Assembly: GCA_026025075.1 (NCBI GenBank)
Contig: JAPEUI010000137.1
Span: 1 to 39,701, forward strand
Direction: 5' to 3'
Length of the DNA stretch: 39,701 bases
Origin: Vezdaea acicularis
Lineage: Eukaryota
Position 1 is the first letter of the stretch, and every line of letters begins with the position of its first letter. Under the pieces are notes generated by a model that was given only the letters and a program-made list of their open reading frames with translations, was not told the origin of the DNA and searched no databases. A program made the translations under genes and the position numbers. This document shows positions 33,691 to 39,701 of this stretch, in pieces.

Positions 33691-36600
33691 ATGCTCATAA
33701 ATGTCCCGGAATCTAACATCGCTCCTCGTCGTATGCCTCATTTGGTCGCCGAGAACCACGGAAATTCTCTCATTGACAGCCAGCGGACGAAGGTCCAGAC
33801 GGTGGGACCGAAAGAAGACGTCACTTCCTCGCCGAACAGATCAGACCGCCTCGCCATGAACGGAACCAGCGGGGCCGCCGCCGCAGGCCCAACCCCCATG
33901 TTTGTCCGAGCTCTGTACCCATACGAGGTTCGTCGCTCGTAGACGTGCTCCCTCCCTTCAACGGTGCAAGGGGCTAACCAGAGATCACACGCAGGCGGAC
34001 GATCGGGCCAGCCTCAGCTTCAACCAAGGTGACATTATCCAAGTGATCACTCAATTGGAGAGCGGTTGGTGGGATGGAGTGATTAAGGGTCAGTGTCTCC
34101 CCCTATCCAACCCGGTTCGTCGAACCTTTGGGCTCACGGGGGCATGATATCTCTAGGCGTGCGAGGATGGTTTCCCAGCAATTATTGTGAGGTCGTAACG
34201 AGACCAGAAAACGGACATCAAAATGGAGATGCACCGGGCGAGCCGGATGATGCGGATGGGGAATCAGAGGCAGATGACGATTTTGATGATCTGGATGAAT
34301 CGGATGAGATGGATTCAGACGGAAATCGGGACGCTTCGCCGGGTCTGCCCCTTGAAGGAGCAGAGAATCGAGAACAGGAAGAGGCGGCATATTGGATACC
34401 ACAAGCGACACCAGATGGCCGATTGTTCTATTTTAATACACTGACGGGCGTGAGTACGATGGAGCTGCCTCTCGAGACACCCACGAGTGCGACGGAGACA
34501 GGCCCACGCGACCGTTCAAATGTCAATGTACCGGAGCAAACAAGACCCCCACCCGAGATGCTCGCCTCCGGTTACGAAAGAGACGAAGATGATACAGATT
34601 ATGAGGAGGGTAACTCGGCTTCAGAACGAGAAGGCGAGTCCATCCTGCTTGCAGCTCAAGACGCCACCGCGGTAGGTACCCGAGATTGCCCCCCGAACTC
34701 GACGTCTGCTAACCATGCGGCCCAGCGGAATGGCAAGCCAGCCCACGCCACGGGTCAATCCCCCACCACGAGCTTCGACTCGGTGGGTGGCATGTCCCCG
34801 TTGGATAAGACTCGTAATGGCGCGACGGATTTCTACGCACAATCTCAGAACATGACCATGGGAGCCGTACAAGCGGCCGCCTCCATGCCTGCAATGGGAA
34901 CGACTACGACATCATTCACCACGAATCCCGTCGGTCAACTGCCCCCGGCGAGCGTCTCGCGGTCGTTCTTTGATGATGGCTCGGCTGTACCGTTGACCTG
35001 GACTCGTCTGGTGGAAAACATGCAGTTAGGCGTGGAGCGATATCGACAAGCCATCAACAACAGCAACCGATCCGAGTATGTTCGCAGGGCCGAAGACATC
35101 TCTGATCACCTGAGGCTCTTGCTGGCTGCTGGGTCTGGCACGACTGACAACCATTCTGGCAACCCTTCCATCATCTCGACAAACAAGGCCCTCTATCCCC
35201 ATTTCCGGGACATGATGTCAAAGTTCTCCAAGCTTGTCCTGTCATCGCATATCGCAGCTGCGGATTGGCCGACGGCTGACTCGTATGCGAAATGTCTTCA
35301 AGAAGCCGACGGCGTGCTGAGTGGTGTCTACGGCTATGTAGAGGTTGCAAGGCAGCAACGAGGCGAAGAGATTCCACGGCTGATTCCAGGCTTCACGATG
35401 GGCAGCTATTCGGGCGGCAACTGGCAGGGTAACGGCCTGGGCTCGCGAGACACGGCGCCATTCATGGACCAAGATGACGATGTCTATATTGAACCGACTG
35501 CACGATTGGATACTGACCTCTTGATGAAATTAGACGACCTCAAGAAGGTTGTTGTTGCCAGCATCCGCCGGCTTGACGACCAGCTGACGTTACACGACAA
35601 AATCATATCTACGCAAAGGCATGAAATGATCAGCGACGCCGTATGTACTAACGCGACCAAGGTGCTTGAAGGTTTCCAACCTTGGCTCGCCATGGTCGAA
35701 TCTATCAATCTCGCTCCTCTAGGTGCGAAGAACCCCAATATACACATCAGCCTCAACAATCCGCAATTGATCGATTTCTCGGCACAAAAGCAAAGACTGT
35801 ACGACCTAATTTCGGACCTGATGATCAGCTGCCAGGCGGTGGCTGGACCTCTCGGTGACGAATGGTCCGAATTACGGAGCGACCCACTCGAGGACCGCCT
35901 CAAGGACGTGCGTATCTCGGCAAAACAGCTCGAGACGTGCACGTCGCAGCTGATTCTATCTCTGCAACACCTCCTTGAGATGATGCCTCACGAAGACGAG
36001 ATTCTCCGTAACGCCGTCCGCCACCATGCGAACGGCGGGCCTGTCCGCACCCCGAATCAGCTGCGCCAAGATACATCACGTCCTAGCACTCGCAACGGGC
36101 CTCCTGTGGATATCCCCCTTAGTCCGGGTGCTTTTGCCGACGAGGTGGATAACATACCCGAACACTATCGTAAAGGCGAGAATTCCAAAGTCCACAAGTT
36201 CTTTGGCGAGGTTCCCGCACCAATGCAGCCAGTCCGAACGTCTGATGAGACCCCCAACTTCCTGAAGCTGGATCACGAGAATGAGATTTCATACGATACC
36301 AAGGTGACCCCGCCTCAATTACGGGGCGGCACGCTTAGAGGCCTCGTCGAACAACTAACGCGACATGACAAACTTGATTCGGGCTTCAATCATACCTTCC
36401 TCCTGACGTACAGATCGTTCACAAGTGCTGCAGAGCTCTTCGATCTACTCGTGCAGCGCTTCACCATCCAGCCACCTGGCGGGATAAGTAATCAAGACCT
36501 ACAGATGTGGGTCGAGAGGAAGCAAAAGCCGATCAGGCTACGCGTGGTGAACATTCTCAAGACCTGGTTCGACACGTACTGGATGGAAGGGCAAGACGAG

Positions 36601-37876
36601 ATCAGCAAGTCCTTGATACGCAAAGTCTTTGCCTTCGCCAAGGACTCCGTCGCCACGACTAACACTGCCGGCGCCCAACCCCTGATGGCCGTCCTCGAGC
36701 AGCGCATGCTTGGCCAAGAAACGACCGCCAAGCGCCTTGTGCTCACACTCAACACCACGACCCCAGCGCCCATCATGCCGAAGAACATGAAGAAACTCAA
36801 GTTCCTCGACATCGACGTGACGGAGTTCGCGCGGCAGCTGACGATCATCGAGAGCCGGTTGTACGGCAAAATCAAGCCTACCGAGTGCCTCAACAAGACG
36901 TGGCAGCGCAAACTCGACGACGGCAGCGAGCCGGCTGTGAATGTGAAGGCGCTGATTCTGCATAGCAACCAGCTGACGAACTGGGTCGCGGAGCTGATCC
37001 TGACGCAGAATGATGTAAAGCGGCGTGTTGCGGTCATCAAGCACTTTGTCTCTGTTGCAGACGTACGTCTCCCCTTTCCTTTGACAAAATCCCCTCCTGA
37101 ACAACCCCCCCATAACCCCCCCATTCTCCTATTCTACTCTTCCTTCACCGGCTCCGCGCATGACGCTAAATCCTCTCCTTGCAGAAATGCCGTGCCCTCA
37201 ACAACTTCTCCACCCTGACCTCCATCATCAGCGCCATGTCCACGGCGCCCATCTCGCGCCTCAAGCGCACCTGGGACCAAGTGCCCCAACGCACCCTCAG
37301 CACCCTCGAATCGCATCGCCGGCTGATGGGGAGCACCAAGAACTTCTCCGACTACCGCGAGACGCTGCACCTGGCCAACCCCCCCTGCATCCCCTTCTTC
37401 GGCGTCTACCTCACCGACCTCACCTTCATCGAAGACGGCATCCCTGGCATCATCAAGAAGAGCAACCTGATCAACTTCGCGAAGCGCGCCAAGACCGCTG
37501 AGGTCATCCGCGACATCCAACAGTACCAGAACGTGCCGTATGGCTTGCAGCCGGTGCCGGAGCTGCAGGAGTACGTGGTCGGCAATCTAGGCCGGGCTGG
37601 CGACGTCCATGAGATGTATGAGCGTAGTCTGCAGGTCGAGCCGAGGGAGCGGGAAGACGAGAAGATCGCGAGGTGAGTCTTGTTTACGCAACCTTCTCCT
37701 CTTTCCAACAGTGGGTTTTGTTTTACCCCAGGAGCCCCACTTGGGAGAAAACGGGGGGCGTATAAAGCGCTCGCGCAGCGCTTACCTCCCACAACCTAGA
37801 TTCCACACACAGTTGTGAGCAGATCGTAGCTAACGACAAACACCACAGACTCCTCTCCGAGAGCGGCTTCCTATGA
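33691..37876 (+). CDS. CDC25: Ras guanine-nucleotide exchange factor Cdc25 (SH3-WW-REM-RasGEF), about 1232 aa, 6 exons
   Basis: Exons 33691-33927, 33995-34088, 34157-34671, 34726-37062, 37185-37672, 37849-37876 (3699 nt). SH3 (VRALYPYEADDRASLSF..GWWDG..RGWFPSNYC), WW-like (YWIPQATPDGRLFYFNTLTG), REM (GGTLRGLVEQLT, FLLTYRSF), RasGEF (FARQLT, NNFSTL, PPCIPFFGVYLTDLTFIEDG, INFAKR); ends RLLSESGFL*. Start codon choice is less certain. Confidence 0.93.
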
Positions 37877-38623
37877 GCCTCGCGCCGCCCTCTCGAACAG
37901 GTGCCCCAGGGCTTTGTATGGGAAGCCCTGGACGCCGCGCCCGGCGAATGGACCCATCAGAGATGTCATACCTACCAGTGAACGACCTCTCGACGCACAC
38001 GCGCGTGTCACGCAGAATCTTGCATTGAAAAAGCATCGCATCATATCACATCCTGTCACATCCTCCGTCCTCGCGGGCAATATGAGCGGTTGCATGAGCC
38101 CGGCCATGAACAAACACAACAAGCAAGGGATGCCCCCCAGTCACCAGAGAACCCGTGATTGATTAGGTTGGGCTGGTATATTCACATCTACAGCCATCTT
38201 CTCACCCATACCCTTTCTCTCTTTCGCATACGAGAGGCGACGCTTTTCCATCTTCCCACCCTAAGTCTGGTCCTTGTCTGCCCTCCCCCCTCCCCCCCGT
38301 TCCATAACTTCCCCTCTCTACCGCTCTCACGCTTCTATCCCTCCACCCTCGATACCTCCGCAAACGAACTCGCGCGCTATGCAATGGTGGGGTTAGCAGG
38401 TCTATCCTAGTCAGACACCGGATTGGGACTCAGGCCTGCGATTTGAGGCTCGGTCTGGAATTTTTTCTTTTCCTGTGTTTTTTTTTTTTCTTTTTTGGGA
38501 CATTTTTTATTTTCTAGTCCCCCGTAGATTCCTTTTCTCCATGAGTGGCGCTTTCAGGAGGGAAGGAGGGGGGCGGGGGCCGCTTGGATATGAGGTTTTG
38601 CATATGGAGAAGGAGAGAGAAAG

Positions 38624-38641
38624 ATATATATATATATATAT
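38624..38641. repeat. (AT)n microsatellite in the convergent CDC25/GLO2 terminator region
   Basis: atatatatatatatatat; a T-run lies nearby at about 38478-38489. Confidence 0.8.
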
Positions 38642-38777
38642 TACATGACACCAATCCCGTCTATATCCCTGTGCTGTGCATTCGATTTTATGAGCGGATA
38701 TAGATCTTCTCCCCTACCTCCCCCCATCCCAAATCCAAGAGCACTATCCCCTTTCCCGCCACGAATCCCTCCTTACC

Positions 38778-39511
38778 TTACCCCTTAAACGCATCCTTCA
38801 ACTCCCTCAGTCTCCCCACGACGCCCACCGGATCCTCGACGCCAACAGCCTTCTGCACGGCCGGGTCCAGCGGGCGCATGAAGACGTTATGCTCCTTCTC
38901 GTCGGCGATGGAGAAGTGGCCCTGGGTCTGCACGTTCTGGTCGGCGAAGCGGCGGGTGGCGGCGACGGCGGCGGAATGGGGGAGGATGGTGGTCGCGAAG
39001 AGGAAATTGGTTTTTGTGTATTCGTGGCCCGGCTGCGTGGGGCGAGGGGGTTAGCTGATGGTTCGTTTTTTCGTGATGGGGCGAGTGGCTGGGGGGGTGG
39101 GTATCAAATTCCCCCTCTGGCCATTCAGGGTTGACGACGGGACACTTACATAGACTTTCGTGTCGCCGGGCAACTCAGCCAGGACTTCGTTCAGCGCATG
39201 ATGCATCTCTGCCGGAGTGCCCTCGAAGAAGCGCCCGCACCCGCCGATGAACAGGGTATCGCCGGTGAAGACGGCGCGCTGGTCGCCGTCCTGCATGTAG
39301 TAGCAGATGCTGTCCTGGGTGTGGCAGGGGGTGTGCAAGGCGGTGATGCTGACGTTGCGGCCGAGCTTGAAGACGGAGTTGTGTGTGGGGGTGGCGGTCA
39401 CGGAGAGGCAGTCTTTGCCGCCGGTTATGGGCAGGTTGGGGTAGGTTTCTAGCTATAGGGGGGACCCGTAGTGGTTAGCTGAGGTGGTGTGGAGGTGGTG
39501 TGGAGCGGGCT

Positions 39512-39576
<65 letters not shown>

Positions 39577-39618
39577 GACTGTACCATCTCGTCGTTGCCT
39601 CCGGCGTGGTCTTTGTGG
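38778..39618 (-). CDS. GLO2: Hydroxyacylglutathione hydrolase (glyoxalase II), 5'-truncated by the window edge
   Basis: Exons 39618-39585, 39452-39150, 39032-38778. Motifs: HKDHAGGN, HTPCHTQDSICY, VFTGDTLFIGGCGRFFEG, VYPGHEYT, EKEHNVFMR, LRELKDAFKG*. Confidence 0.93.
39512..39575. repeat. 64-nt G homopolymer (poly-C on the GLO2 sense strand) inside a GLO2 intron
   Basis: Unbroken G run within the intron 39584-39453. Confidence 0.9.
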
Positions 39619-39701
39619 CTTGGTGTAGAGTGTTAGCTACGCGTGCGAGGGGGGCGTGAGCGCCTTTGCGTTGGGGAGTTTGTACTGGTGCGTGTTTAGG
39701 A

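Noticed and set aside
38640..38783. Tandem GTAAGG donor-like sites at the GLO2 stop as a cryptic peroxisomal-isoform mechanism
   Set aside because: The splice and readthrough products I traced do not end in a PTS1-like tripeptide
1..39701. Prokaryote-type systems (CRISPR, operons, IS elements), transposons, TPP riboswitch, snRNA/RNase P/MRP/SRP genes
   Set aside because: This is eukaryotic intron-containing DNA with no spacer-separated repeats and no transposase or RT motifs. I found none of the conserved RNA signature motifs by eye; an Infernal scan would be decisive.

Overview
This is a gene-dense stretch of a filamentous ascomycete (Pezizomycotina-like) nuclear genome, with short GT-AG introns and CTRAY branch points. 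Reading the splice sites by hand gives 12 protein-coding genes. In order they are YRB1 (Ran-binding), TAF14 (YEATS), G-protein beta (sfaD/gnb-1 type), samB/MUB1 (MYND), a phosducin-like PhLP1, MKT1, RPC4/RPC53, a small HSBP1 gene missed by the ORF track, tigA/erp38 PDI, a C2H2 + fungal-trans transcription factor, a CDC25 RasGEF and the 3' part of glyoxalase II. Spliced lengths of all 11 complete models are multiples of 3. I found no supportable mobile element, tRNA, rRNA or CRISPR, and I cannot claim a new biological system. The best leads are: (1) physical linkage of G-beta with its dedicated chaperone PhLP1; (2) a ~900-nt AUG-free, apparently spliced and structured segment upstream of PhLP1; (3) hairpin-filled long introns, notably the last CDC25 intron with H/ACA-like boxes; (4) a palindromic, self-occluding 5' splice site in the transcription factor; (5) uORF-bearing leaders; and (6) a repeated C-rich to G-rich sense-strand switch at gene 3' ends.
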